Source: an uncultured Candidatus Saccharibacteria bacterium (GTDB taxonomy: Bacteria; Patescibacteriota; Minisyncoccia; Phycocordibacterales; DATGWK01). From it: DNA of 64,000 nt. Below, in pieces: positions 46,995-57,319 of the stretch (position 1 is its first letter; each line of letters starts with the position of its first letter). The stretch is taken from assembly GCA_964428845.1 (NCBI GenBank), contig CAYRZH010000001.1:74990-138989 (forward strand), given 5' to 3'. Under the pieces are notes generated by a model. That model was not told where the DNA came from and ran no database searches. It saw only the letters and a program-made list of their open reading frames with translations. The translations under genes were made by a program, and so were the position numbers.

Positions 46995-48136
46995 AATTTT
47001 ATTTTAAACATCCCCGGGCTTTTGCTGACTCCATTTTCATTCTGAATGTAAAGCCAGGCATCCATCTCGAGCGACTTTCCTCCTAGATATTTTTGGATAG
47101 TAGTCACTTGTGGGAAGTTCAGGACTTTTACTTTAATAAGTTTACCATCTATAGAAGAAATATTTGAGATATTTCCCAAGCTCGAGTAGATATTGTTGCC
47201 ATTTTCAGTAAAGCCAGAACCAGAAACTAAAATCTCATCACCCATGGTTGCGAGTGTTGGCGATATTTTCTCAATGTTTGGAGATACCTGGGGGTTGTTG
47301 GTTACTGAAATATAGATTGGAGCAGAAAAATTCTTACTTGATTCATTTTTATCAGTGGTAAACCAGATCTCATATTTTCCTATAGGGAAAGTTCCAGGGA
47401 TTGTGACGGTAAATGATTGGGGAGCATCGAGAACCGACGAAGAACCGCCAGAAGATTGTGTTGAAATTTCTGGTGGTGAAAAGCTGGGGAAGAGAGGTGC
47501 TGAATGAGTATAGCCTATATGCAATATATTTTTTTCTTTGGAAAATCCTACCCCCTTGATCTCGATAGTGTCACCAGGTCGAACTTGGTACTTTGAAACA
47601 CCGTAAATTTTTTGAAGATTTGCCTCTGTCGGAGGATTTACAGGATTTTGGGTGAGTAACGAATTTTGTGGGGTCTGGGTAGTCGGAGTCGAAACCGATA
47701 TCGTCGAAATCGGTGCCACCGAAACTGGCGTGGCCAAAACCTCGCCCAAAAGAGCGTTAAGTTTCGTCCGGGTAGCCCTTCCCACGAAACCAGTACCGAA
47801 GGTGAGACCGTTTGGCAATAAAATTTCAGACTTATGTGCCTCTTGGAAGGTGACTACGGCCCACCTGGTAAGTAAGCCAAAGTAGGTGGTTTCTTTACCA
47901 GGAGAGCCTGGACCATCGTTTGCCACCATGGTGGCTGGGTTTCTGTTGAGGAATTTCTGTAATTCCCTGACATCCTCGCCCACATCTCCCTCCTTCAAAT
48001 CACGGCTAAAAACAAAGCCGGCAGAGGCAGTAGAGGATTGAGCATCCACGTTAAAAACTATGGAAATGAAAAATGAGCCAAAAAATATGGAGCAGAGAAG
48101 GAAAACTGGCAACTTTTTTAGTTTTTCTTTGAGCAT
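46991..48136 (-). CDS. Secreted protein with a peptidoglycan-binding (PG_binding_1-like) domain
   Basis: Signal peptide; …DLKEGDVGEDVRELQKFLNRNPATMVANDGPGSPGKETTYFGLLTRWAVVTFQEAH…. Confidence 0.5.
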   Translation of the reverse strand: MLKEKLKKLPVFLLCSIFFGSFFISIVFNVDAQSSTASAGFVFSRDLKEGDVGEDVRELQKFLNRNPATMVANDGPGSPGKETTYFGLLTRWAVVTFQEAHKSEILLPNGLTFGTGFVGRATRTKLNALLGEVLATPVSVAPISTISVSTPTTQTPQNSLLTQNPVNPPTEANLQKIYGVSKYQVRPGDTIEIKGVGFSKEKNILHIGYTHSAPLFPSFSPPEISTQSSGGSSSVLDAPQSFTVTIPGTFPIGKYEIWFTTDKNESSKNFSAPIYISVTNNPQVSPNIEKISPTLATMGDEILVSGSGFTENGNNIYSSLGNISNISSIDGKLIKVKVLNFPQVTTIQKYLGGKSLEMDAWLYIQNENGVSKSPGMFKIKL

Positions 48137-48254
48137 CGAGGCCTCCAGGGCATTATACTCTTCTCAAATTGTCTTTTATCAACAGATTTTGTCTCTAATG
48201 TCGCTTTTTTAGGCCTTATTTTTGCTATAATTTTAAAGACTTCTGTAACTTAAC

Positions 48255-49241
48255 ATGTCTCTTAGAAAAACTACTCCAATCTTTATCGCTTGTGTATTTT
48301 CCTTTGGCCTTATTTTCTTTGCAGTAGCCAAAGATCAATCGATTTTCCCTCCGAAAGATACCGGGAGGGTTGGCACGGACGGCAAGGTAGACGCCGGGGT
48401 GAGGATTTTGGTGGAAAATGCCCTGGAAAATTCTGTCGATCAGGATGACGACGGTGACGGACTTAAGAATTGGGAGGAAATATTTTGGAAAACCAATCCA
48501 AAAGTCAAAGATAGCGACGGTGACGGTATCTCTGATAGCGAAGAAGTGAAAAAAACTGAAAAAAATATCGCTTATGGAGCAGAGGCTTCGGACAACCCAG
48601 CCACTGCAGTAAATTCTTCCAATGAACCCAAGACAAAAACTGGCGAGATCGGTAGGAATCTCTTTGCCGAATATTTGGAACTCAAACAGAGTGGAAGATT
48701 AAATCAGAGTTCAATGGAAAACTTGATTACAAAGACTCTTTCTCAAATAGACACCAAAACGAGCTCGTTTTATTCATCAGGAAGTGTGAAGACCACCCTT
48801 GATACAGATACTGCCGGAGCGAAGAATTATGCAAATGCTCTGGTGACAATAAGGGAAAAGTACAGAGCTTTGTATAACGAGAGCCCAATCATCACAGTAG
48901 CAAAAACTATAAACTTTGAAGACGAAGCCTCGGTCGAGAGCATAAGAAGGGCGGCAAATTTATATAAACTCGAGGCACAAGAACTCGCCAGCCTAATAGT
49001 TCCGAAAAGTTTGGTGGCTGGACACTTGGCTCTCCTCAACAGCTATGCAGCCAGCGCAGAGGGTTTGGCCCAGTTCGCTGAACTTCGCTCTGACCCACTT
49101 ATGGCCGTAGCAGGGATACAAGAACATGCCGCGGCGGTAGGACAGGAATTTGAAATTGTTCTTAGTATAAGCCGTTTTTTCGAGAGTCGGGGAATCGTCT
49201 TTGAATCACAGGAGGCTGGTGCTCGGATAAAAAATATATGA
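48255..49241 (+). CDS. Secreted protein with thrombospondin-type-3-like Ca-binding DxDxDG repeats
   Basis: Signal peptide, then DQDDDGDGLKNWEE / DSDGDGISDSEE. Confidence 0.45.
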   Translation: MSLRKTTPIFIACVFSFGLIFFAVAKDQSIFPPKDTGRVGTDGKVDAGVRILVENALENSVDQDDDGDGLKNWEEIFWKTNPKVKDSDGDGISDSEEVKKTEKNIAYGAEASDNPATAVNSSNEPKTKTGEIGRNLFAEYLELKQSGRLNQSSMENLITKTLSQIDTKTSSFYSSGSVKTTLDTDTAGAKNYANALVTIREKYRALYNESPIITVAKTINFEDEASVESIRRAANLYKLEAQELASLIVPKSLVAGHLALLNSYAASAEGLAQFAELRSDPLMAVAGIQEHAAAVGQEFEIVLSISRFFESRGIVFESQEAGARIKNI

Positions 49242-50899
49242 TTTTTGAAGCCATAAAACAATACACGGCGGTACTACTTTTTATAATATTCGTAACAACC
49301 CCCGTGTTTTTGGCCGGGCCAAAGAATGTAAATGCCCAATTTGGTGGAGCCTCTAGTTTTGCGGGTGGTGCGGCACTAGCAGTACCGACAAGCGACGTGG
49401 TACTTGGTCCGAAGGAAGCGGGAATAAGTGTTTTCGGCGTCACACTCCCGATAAGCCTTGATGGACTTGCTTACATGGCAGCAAACGTAGTGATCGCCCA
49501 AATTACCGACAGCATCGTGACGTGGATTGATTCTGGTTTTCAAGGAAGCCCAGCTTTCATAGAAGATCCTGGAGCTTGGTTTCTTGAGACCGCAGACATG
49601 GTGAGCGGGGCATTTATCGAAGAGCTTGGAGCCGAAGACTTACTCTGTGACCCATTTGCTCCTATTCGCATCACCCTTTCTTACAACTACAACAGATCAT
49701 TCCCACGAGATTACAGATGTAAACTTTCTGACGTCATAGAAAATGTTGAGAATTTTGCAAAATTTACAGCGGGGGACTTCACTGGCCAGGGAGGGTGGCA
49801 GTCTTGGTTCAATATTACTCAAAACCGTCAAAATAATCCCTATGGAGTTTACTTCGGTGCCCAAATTGAGCTCGACAGGAGAATTGCCAACGCTATCGGA
49901 CGTGAGAGTGATACGCTCAACCAAGGCAAGGGCTTCCTTTCGATGCGAAGATGTAAGGTTTGGGATACGGCAAACGGCCAAGAACCAGGGCCAAACAACC
50001 CGACGAGTGGAACCCTTCAGCATGATTGTAAGGAATACGGACCGATCGAGACTCCCGGGTCTATCGTCGAAGATCAGTTGAACAGAGCTCTGGGTTCAGA
50101 GTTAAACAGGATTGAGGTAGCAGATGAAATAAATGAAATCTTGAGCGCGCTTGTAAACCAGCTCGTGAAGACTGTGTTTACAGCTGGACTCTCAAACGTC
50201 AGCCACGGCAATATCTTTGACCCGGGTAGTGTAAATGCCGACTTTGAGGTTTCTTGCAGTTACAGCCCAAATGAGCCACTTTTTCTCGATCCACCGACTG
50301 TTACCCAGACGGAACAAGTAAAGTGGAAAGTGAGTGTCCTTGGGGGAGCGGGGGAGACGACATATAGATGGTCATTCACGGGAGATCCGATCCCAGTCGC
50401 GACACCTTTCATACTTACAAACGCAACAGTAACGCCGGTGGTTTACTCGAGTGCTGGAGTAAAAACAACCAAAGTAGAGGTCGAGAAAGAAACAGAGTTT
50501 GGAAAAATCAAAAAGACAGCGAACTGCTCGCTTACTGTTTTGCCAAATCCACCACTTGAAGTAACGAGCTGTAATGTTGTTCCTCCATCGATCCGACGCG
50601 AACAGCAACCGGACGAAATGGCCATGTGGACACTCAAAGCGAGCGGCGGTGTTTCTATTCCAAATCCAAATATTCCTTTCAATATGGGTTTCTGTATTTT
50701 CACAGGACAATCTGACGATGGACCTTTCGGTATTTCCGTCCCTCTCACGGGAACAACCCTGGAATCATCGTGTTCTCTTACTACTGGAGCCGAATTCTTC
50801 GATCGCTCCGGAGAGCACTACGTAAACGTACTCGTAAGTTCGGGTGAGCAATCCGTCACAAGACAAGGTTGCGGGCCATTGATCATTCTCGACCCATGA
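49238..50899 (+). CDS. Large secreted/membrane-anchored hypothetical protein
   Basis: 553 aa with an N-terminal transmembrane signal anchor. Confidence 0.4.
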   Translation: MIFEAIKQYTAVLLFIIFVTTPVFLAGPKNVNAQFGGASSFAGGAALAVPTSDVVLGPKEAGISVFGVTLPISLDGLAYMAANVVIAQITDSIVTWIDSGFQGSPAFIEDPGAWFLETADMVSGAFIEELGAEDLLCDPFAPIRITLSYNYNRSFPRDYRCKLSDVIENVENFAKFTAGDFTGQGGWQSWFNITQNRQNNPYGVYFGAQIELDRRIANAIGRESDTLNQGKGFLSMRRCKVWDTANGQEPGPNNPTSGTLQHDCKEYGPIETPGSIVEDQLNRALGSELNRIEVADEINEILSALVNQLVKTVFTAGLSNVSHGNIFDPGSVNADFEVSCSYSPNEPLFLDPPTVTQTEQVKWKVSVLGGAGETTYRWSFTGDPIPVATPFILTNATVTPVVYSSAGVKTTKVEVEKETEFGKIKKTANCSLTVLPNPPLEVTSCNVVPPSIRREQQPDEMAMWTLKASGGVSIPNPNIPFNMGFCIFTGQSDDGPFGISVPLTGTTLESSCSLTTGAEFFDRSGEHYVNVLVSSGEQSVTRQGCGPLIILDP

Positions 50900-53148
50900 T
50901 AATTGCTAATCAAAAAAAGGGGTGGGGTGCAAAAAAAATTATTGCAAAACTATTTTTGTTGTTGGTAATTATTTCTGGAGTCATTGTGCCAATCTGGACC
51001 AGCAATTTAGTGGTATATGCGCAAGGCTCCCCAACCAATTTTGAGATAGAGCCAATACCAACAGCGCTTGAAGTCGCTGTAAGCACTGTCGACAATACCA
51101 TATCCGCCATAGCAAATCTTCCAGACAAACTCCTCAATGCTTTTACAAACTTCGTCGGCACCCTTTTTCTAACGATAACAGCGTGGCTACTTGGTATTTC
51201 AGGACTCCTTTTCAACGAAGTCATAACCTTCACGGTCTTGAAGATGAATACTCATGTAAGTTCTATCCCGGCAATAGATATAGCTTGGAAAGGCATGCGG
51301 GACCTGGCCAACATATCTTTCATATTTATCCTCCTTTACATCGCAATAGGAACAATACTTGGACTAGGGAGGATAAATACCAAGAAGATGCTCGTGAAAG
51401 TCATAATCATAGCCCTACTTTTAAATTTCAGCTTGTTCTTCACAAAATTGCTGATAGACGCCTCAAATATAATCTCGATCGGCTTTTACAACAAAGTGGC
51501 TCTGTCATCACCAGAGCGCGCGGTCAATGGTCTAAGCGGCGCCTTCATGGATGCGATTGGCCTGACTCGTATTTTCGACGTAGCGGGAGTATCAAACCTT
51601 CTAGCCAACCTTGACCCAATGAAAATGATCATCGTCGGAATTTTCGGAGGAATTCTATTTCTGGTAACGGCTTTTATATTCATGGCCGGAGCTATTATGT
51701 TTATAATACGTTTTGTCACTCTTATTTTCCTGATGGTTTTTTCTCCGTTGGCTTTTGCCGCCATGGCTCTTCCGAGCGACAAGTATTCAAGCAAGTGGTG
51801 GAATAAACTCTGGGACAATCTAATATTTGCTCCAGTATTCATGGTGCTGATCTGGACAACCTTTACACTATTTGCTGGACCGGGCGGGATCCTCAAACGA
51901 ATATCTGGAGGAAATATACTCGATATTGCTTCGGGTAGCGCCGCCGCGGGCTTTGCGCCTGGCGCACCACCAGTGGGAGCCTTCGGCACACTCATGAGTT
52001 TCATAATCGTCATCGTAATGATGGTGGCAACACTTATCGTCTCCAAACAACTCGGTGCGGCTGGAGCAAGCGGGGCATTGAAGCTTGGAAATAAATGGAG
52101 GGGTAAGGCCCAAGGGGTACTTGGGAGGGGAACGCTACGAATGACACCTTTAAGGACTATTGATAAAAAATGGTCTGAATCCCCACTTGGTCAAACTGCG
52201 ATCGGTAGAGGTTTGAGAAATATCACGACCGGTGTGGGCATGAACGCAGAATTTGGAAGTGGTAAATCAATTTCCAAAGTAGACAAAGAACTTAAAAAAT
52301 CAAGGGAAGACTACGCAAACAAGCAGGCTGAAAAGGTTCAAAACAAACATGATAAAGAAGAAGCAGAAAATGAGTACGAGAAAAGGAATCTCTTGTCAGT
52401 AATATCAGACAGAAGTGCAACCAGCACGGCCAGACATGGTGCACACGGCAGACTGCTTGAAAAAGAAAGAGGTCGTCTCTCAAAGCTCGATACATTGCGT
52501 GCAAGTGCTGTAAAAAGAAGAGCTTTCGATGAAGTGAATGAGATTGATACAATGAAAAAGTCTGTTTTGGATAGAGTCACTAAGATGCAGGCAAAACAAG
52601 CTCTCGGCGAGGCAACCTTCGTGGCTGATTGGGATACGACACCAGATGATGATCTAAAGAAATATGTAAAAGATATTACAGTTGACATTCCGGGAACCGA
52701 TGATAAAAAACTTCGACTAAAGATGGCCCAACGTGCCCAAGCGATACGAGTAGAGGAGGGGGGAATCATTAGAAAAACAGCTAACACAATTGCCTCCAGC
52801 CGTGCCGGATCCGTTGTCGGTAGTGTCGCAGGAGGAGTTGCAGGTGGTGTCGCGGGAGGGGTTGTGGGCAGTGTCACCGCCGGTCCCCTTGGTGCTATTG
52901 CGGGCACAGTAATTGGTGCGGGATTGGGAGGAACCAAGGGGGGTCGTAAATTCACAGCCAAAACCAAAAAATATCTCTATGGCGACGCACAATCCGCTCG
53001 ACTCTCGACTATCAAAACCTTGAGGGAGAATGCAAAAAAGGGTAAGGCTGGAGGTGGGTCTCTGGACGAACAACTCCGCGCAATATTGGATCAAGCTGGC
53101 GGCCCACCGGCCCCCGCAGCCGGAGGAGGCGGAGGTGGAACACCTTAA
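50869..53148 (+). CDS. VirB6/TrbL-like polytopic membrane protein with a Gly/Ala-rich C-terminal tail
   Basis: 759 aa with at least 7 transmembrane helices over the first 400 aa, a long charged coiled-coil middle, and the C-terminal repeat GSVVGSVAGGVAGGVAGGVVGSV…GGGGGG. Confidence 0.5.
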   Translation: MRAIDHSRPMIIANQKKGWGAKKIIAKLFLLLVIISGVIVPIWTSNLVVYAQGSPTNFEIEPIPTALEVAVSTVDNTISAIANLPDKLLNAFTNFVGTLFLTITAWLLGISGLLFNEVITFTVLKMNTHVSSIPAIDIAWKGMRDLANISFIFILLYIAIGTILGLGRINTKKMLVKVIIIALLLNFSLFFTKLLIDASNIISIGFYNKVALSSPERAVNGLSGAFMDAIGLTRIFDVAGVSNLLANLDPMKMIIVGIFGGILFLVTAFIFMAGAIMFIIRFVTLIFLMVFSPLAFAAMALPSDKYSSKWWNKLWDNLIFAPVFMVLIWTTFTLFAGPGGILKRISGGNILDIASGSAAAGFAPGAPPVGAFGTLMSFIIVIVMMVATLIVSKQLGAAGASGALKLGNKWRGKAQGVLGRGTLRMTPLRTIDKKWSESPLGQTAIGRGLRNITTGVGMNAEFGSGKSISKVDKELKKSREDYANKQAEKVQNKHDKEEAENEYEKRNLLSVISDRSATSTARHGAHGRLLEKERGRLSKLDTLRASAVKRRAFDEVNEIDTMKKSVLDRVTKMQAKQALGEATFVADWDTTPDDDLKKYVKDITVDIPGTDDKKLRLKMAQRAQAIRVEEGGIIRKTANTIASSRAGSVVGSVAGGVAGGVAGGVVGSVTAGPLGAIAGTVIGAGLGGTKGGRKFTAKTKKYLYGDAQSARLSTIKTLRENAKKGKAGGGSLDEQLRAILDQAGGPPAPAAGGGGGGTP

Positions 53149-53151
53149 AAA

Positions 53152-53919
53152 ATGGAAGATAAAACAGTAATAAAAGAATATTTTGAGGCGGTAGATAGCA
53201 AACTCCAGAAGTTGCTTGTCTCGCCTATAGTAAAGAACACTACGGAGAAAATCCTGCAGAAATATCCACTTCGAGAAGAACAGGGGAGTCAGCTTGAAAT
53301 TGAAATCTCTTTGGTCTTGCTTGGTATGGAAGTTGTGAGCAACTTCCGGGCAAACTTAGTGAGAGAGCTCGGGATCACATACGACCAAGCACTCAAACTC
53401 TCACTTGAAGTAAATAAGGAAATTTTTGACCAGGTGATGACAGAACTCAAAGAAATGGAAGTCGATATTCTCACCGCCGGAGAAAAACCCGAAACAAACG
53501 AGACAGCTGGAAAAGAAGAGTTAAAAGAAAAAGAAATTGCACCAAAAAATACTGTTCTTGAAAAACAGGTTGCAAGTAATACTCTTGATCGTTCGATACC
53601 CGACCACGAGGCGATGGTCAAAGAAAGCGGCCCACATCTCCACAGCCAGACAGTGATGCCACAAAACACAACAAAAACTCCTCCTCCGATACCAAAAGTC
53701 GCCCCTGCCCCACAAAACATTCCATCGGCTACCGAAGAGGAAGTTCAACAATTTGGAACTATTATCGACAGGAAGTTGAGTCAGGCAATGAGAGGATTCG
53801 GTAATACAAATGGTTCGGATACAAATAAAGCACCATCACCGCAGACTAGTACTACCACAAGTCCAGGGTCACAAAATAGATACAAAGGTCCAGACCCTTA
53901 CCGAGAACCAATAGAATAA
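53152..53919 (+). CDS. Hypothetical protein (Pro/Thr-rich C-terminus)
   Basis: 255 aa, found only through the ORF. Confidence 0.3.
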   Translation: MEDKTVIKEYFEAVDSKLQKLLVSPIVKNTTEKILQKYPLREEQGSQLEIEISLVLLGMEVVSNFRANLVRELGITYDQALKLSLEVNKEIFDQVMTELKEMEVDILTAGEKPETNETAGKEELKEKEIAPKNTVLEKQVASNTLDRSIPDHEAMVKESGPHLHSQTVMPQNTTKTPPPIPKVAPAPQNIPSATEEEVQQFGTIIDRKLSQAMRGFGNTNGSDTNKAPSPQTSTTTSPGSQNRYKGPDPYREPIE

Positions 53920-53929
53920 AAAACGAAGT

Positions 53930-54379
53930 ATGCGTTTCCAAGTACCACAATTCACTGAAGTTGAAGATAAAGTCATCGGGCCACTAACCCTGAAGCAATT
54001 CATATACCTTGCTGGAGCAGTCGGCGCCTGCATTATCCTCTACACGCTTTTACCAAAATTCATTTCTTTTGTTCTCATGATCCCGGTATTGGTCTTGGGT
54101 GCCGCTCTGGCGTTTTACAAAGTAAATAACCGCCCCTTCATTCGTGTTCTTGAATCATCTGTTAAATATTTTATAGCCAGCAAACTATATATCTGGAAAC
54201 ACAAAGAAAAAAAGATTGTGTCTGAAGGACAAACAAGCAAGGCCTCTGTGTTTGTACCCAAACTTTCAGAAAGTAAGCTCCGTGATCTCACCTGGAGTCT
54301 AGATGTAAAACAAAATTTGGATTCCGGAGAGATAAAGCAGGCCCGGGTAAACGAAGGAAAAATAGATCTAAGTGTCTAA
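53930..54379 (+). CDS. Small two-transmembrane membrane protein (VirB3/PrgI-like position)
   Basis: 149 aa with two hydrophobic helices, sitting just upstream of the VirB4-like genes. Confidence 0.35.
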   Translation: MRFQVPQFTEVEDKVIGPLTLKQFIYLAGAVGACIILYTLLPKFISFVLMIPVLVLGAALAFYKVNNRPFIRVLESSVKYFIASKLYIWKHKEKKIVSEGQTSKASVFVPKLSESKLRDLTWSLDVKQNLDSGEIKQARVNEGKIDLSV

Positions 54380-54395
54380 GTGATATAATAAATCA

Positions 54396-55061
54396 ATGGC
54401 AACGGCAGCAAAAGCTACTCAAGAGTTCGTCCCTATAAAAGAAGTGCGGGACGGAATAGTTGTCCTCAAAGACGGCTCGCTACGAGCAGTTGTACTTGCT
54501 TCATCTCTCAATTTTTCTCTAAAGTCCGATGATGAGAGGCAGGCTATCCTTCTTCAGTTCCAAGATTTTTTAAATTCACTCGATTTTTCTGTGCAAATTT
54601 CTGTCCAATCCAGAAAGCTCGACATAAGACCGTACATTGCTCTCCTTGAGCAACAAGAAAAGAAGCAAACGAATGACCTCATGAAGATACAGGTTCAAGA
54701 ATATATAGAATTCATAAAAAGTTTTACCGAAAATACGAACATAATGACCAAACACTTCTTTGTAATAGTCCCTTTTTCTCCAACAATGATCGGGCCGAAG
54801 TCGGGCAGTGGATTTTTCGGTGGCATAAAAAGCGCTCTGCCTAGCGCCAAAAAGGGAGGAGTCGAGATCAGTGATGAGGTTTTTGAGGAGTATCGAACCC
54901 AGCTCGCCCAAAGAGTTTCTGTGGTAGAGCAAGGCCTTGTCCGATGCGGAGTTCGGGTAGCAGAACTTGGAACAGAAGAGGTTGTCGAACTCTTCTACAA
55001 ACTCTTCAACCCTGGCGAGGCCGAGAAGCCGATTCAGCTTGACCAAAACACAACCCAATAA
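54396..55061 (+). CDS. VirB4 N-terminal-domain-like protein (possibly a split or frameshifted part of the downstream ATPase)
   Basis: 221 aa, …GIVVLKDGSLRAVVLASSLNFSLKSDDERQAILLQFQDFLNSLDFSVQISVQSRK… resembles the N-terminal domain of VirB4/TrbE. It ends 2 nt before the next gene, in a different frame. Confidence 0.35.
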   Translation: MATAAKATQEFVPIKEVRDGIVVLKDGSLRAVVLASSLNFSLKSDDERQAILLQFQDFLNSLDFSVQISVQSRKLDIRPYIALLEQQEKKQTNDLMKIQVQEYIEFIKSFTENTNIMTKHFFVIVPFSPTMIGPKSGSGFFGGIKSALPSAKKGGVEISDEVFEEYRTQLAQRVSVVEQGLVRCGVRVAELGTEEVVELFYKLFNPGEAEKPIQLDQNTTQ

Positions 55062-55063
55062 AC

Positions 55064-56887
55064 ATGTCATTTTTAGGTAATATTTTTAAAAGGAAAGAGA
55101 AGATCGAACGAAATCCGATAGCACCATTTTTGCCGCAACAAATCTATGACGCCGGGGCACTCGAATTCAAGGATGTTATCGCCCCAAGTGCACTTAAGAT
55201 CGGTCCACGCGACCTAAACCTCGGAGACAAACTCGTAAGAACTTTCTTCGTCATCTCCTACCCGCGATTCTTGAGCGAAAGCTGGTTTGCTCCGATCATA
55301 AACCTCGATAAGGTTTTCGACGTGTCTATCTTTGTTCACCCAGTAGACACAGTAAAAGCTCTGCGAGAGTTCCAGAAAAAAGTAGCGGAGGTCCAGAGCC
55401 AGATACACGAGAGGGAGGCTAAGGGCATGGTGCGCGATCCAATGCTCGACACCGCACACGAAGATCTTGAGGACTTACGTGATAGCTTACAGCAGGCACG
55501 CGAAAAGCTTTTCGACGTAGCCCTCTATATCTCGATCTATGCAGAAAGTGAGACAGAGCTCGATAAGGTGGAGTCTGAAATCAAATCCATCCTCGAGTCA
55601 AAACTTATATACGTAAAACCAGCTCTATTCCAACAAGAACAAGGTTTCAAAAGTGTCATCCCGATCGCAACCGACATCCTAGAAGTTCACTCGAAACTAA
55701 ACTCTTCTCCACTATCAAGCATTTTCCCATTTATCTCTTTTGACCTTACATCCAACAAAGGAATTCTCTACGGCGTAAATCGCCACAACTCAAGCCTCGT
55801 GCTTTTTGATCGCTTTTCTATGGAAAATTACAACTCCATTACCTTCGCAAAATCAGGAGCCGGAAAATCTTATGCCATAAAGCTCGAGATCTTGCGAACA
55901 CTTATGTTTGACACAGAAGTGATCGTTATCGACCCAGAACGAGAGTATGAATACATGGCCGAGACGGTGGGCGGTAGGTATTTTAAGATTTCCCTTACTT
56001 CAGATCACCATATCAATCCATTCGACCTTCCACCAGCAAACGAAGACGAGCCAGCCGCTTCCGTACTTCGCTCAAATATCATTAATTTGATTGGTCTTTT
56101 CCGACTGATGATGGGCGGCCTTACACCAGAAGAAGACGCTATTATCGATCGAGCTATCACGGAAACTTATGCCCTCAAAGACATCACAGCAGATTCTGAC
56201 TTCAGAAATATTGAGCCGCCCCTTATGTCAGATTTTGAGTTGGTACTCTCTGGCATGGAGGGCGGTGAGTCGCTCGCCCAACGACTTAGCAAGTACACCA
56301 AGGGCACATGGGCGGGTTTTATAAATCGACCCACAAATATCGATATAAATAAAAAGTTTGTTGTCTTCTCACTTCGAGACATGGAGGACGAGCTGAAACC
56401 GATCGCCATGTATATTGTCACTCACTACATCTGGGGGGCAATAAGAAGAGAGTTGAAACGACGACTCTTGGTAATAGACGAGGCTTGGTGGATGATGAAA
56501 TCCGAAGATACCGCATCTTTCCTGCTTTCGCTCGCAAAACGTGGAAGGAAATATTATCTCGGGCTCGCTACTATCACCCAGGACGTCGACGATTTCATGA
56601 AATCGCCTTATGGCCTTCCGATCATTACCAATTCGTCTATACAAGTACTTCTCAAACAATCACCGACGTCTATCGACTCACTCCAGCAAACATTCAATCT
56701 AACAGATGAAGAAAAATATCTGCTGCTCGAAAGTGATGTGGGGGAGGGGATCTTCTTCGCTGGCCTCAAGCACGTGGCCATAAAGGTTATCGCTTCCTAC
56801 ACAGAAGATCAGATAATCACTTCCGATCCATCACAGATACTTTCAATCCAAAAATCACGAGAAGAGTTAGAGGCAACTGGAGGTTAA
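55064..56887 (+). CDS. VirB4/TrbE-family type IV secretion ATPase
   Basis: 607 aa with Walker A FAKSGAGKSY and Walker B LLVIDEAWWMM. The fold is that of a conjugative ATPase. Confidence 0.65.
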   Translation: MSFLGNIFKRKEKIERNPIAPFLPQQIYDAGALEFKDVIAPSALKIGPRDLNLGDKLVRTFFVISYPRFLSESWFAPIINLDKVFDVSIFVHPVDTVKALREFQKKVAEVQSQIHEREAKGMVRDPMLDTAHEDLEDLRDSLQQAREKLFDVALYISIYAESETELDKVESEIKSILESKLIYVKPALFQQEQGFKSVIPIATDILEVHSKLNSSPLSSIFPFISFDLTSNKGILYGVNRHNSSLVLFDRFSMENYNSITFAKSGAGKSYAIKLEILRTLMFDTEVIVIDPEREYEYMAETVGGRYFKISLTSDHHINPFDLPPANEDEPAASVLRSNIINLIGLFRLMMGGLTPEEDAIIDRAITETYALKDITADSDFRNIEPPLMSDFELVLSGMEGGESLAQRLSKYTKGTWAGFINRPTNIDINKKFVVFSLRDMEDELKPIAMYIVTHYIWGAIRRELKRRLLVIDEAWWMMKSEDTASFLLSLAKRGRKYYLGLATITQDVDDFMKSPYGLPIITNSSIQVLLKQSPTSIDSLQQTFNLTDEEKYLLLESDVGEGIFFAGLKHVAIKVIASYTEDQIITSDPSQILSIQKSREELEATGG

Positions 56888-56893
56888 AACAAC

Positions 56894-57289
56894 ATGGATA
56901 ATGGCGAAAGAAAAATAAACAATACCACGCTCGCCTTTATGCTCGTTGTGGCGGGAGCGATCGACCTAGTCCAATTTTTTTTAGGACTATTGTTCGTCGG
57001 CTTGTTTATGAACTGGGCAATAAGCATCATCGTTTGGTTAACATTTTATCTATGGTTCAAGATAAAGGGCGTTGATTTCTTCTACAACCCATGGAGGGTG
57101 CTCGGTTTTGGAGGAGGCCTCGTGGCCGAGGTTGTACCGATCTTAAACCTCCTCCCAGTTTGGACGGCTGCAGTTATTTTTGTAGCCTTATCCCAAAGGG
57201 CAGAGGAGGCGGCGAAAAAGGGAGGGGTGGTCGGCAACGTGGCCAAAGTAGCGAATACTACAGCCACAACATTCAAGAAAGCGGCTTAA
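56894..57289 (+). CDS. Small polytopic membrane protein (hypothetical T4SS component)
   Basis: 131 aa with 3-4 hydrophobic helices. Confidence 0.3.
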   Translation: MDNGERKINNTTLAFMLVVAGAIDLVQFFLGLLFVGLFMNWAISIIVWLTFYLWFKIKGVDFFYNPWRVLGFGGGLVAEVVPILNLLPVWTAAVIFVALSQRAEEAAKKGGVVGNVAKVANTTATTFKKAA

Positions 57290-57319
57290 TAGGCAAAGTT
57301 ACTGTGGTAGAATAAGAGT

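Noticed and set aside
54576-55070. Minus-strand 164-aa ORF
   Set aside because: It lies antisense inside the VirB4 N-domain-like gene and has no independent support.
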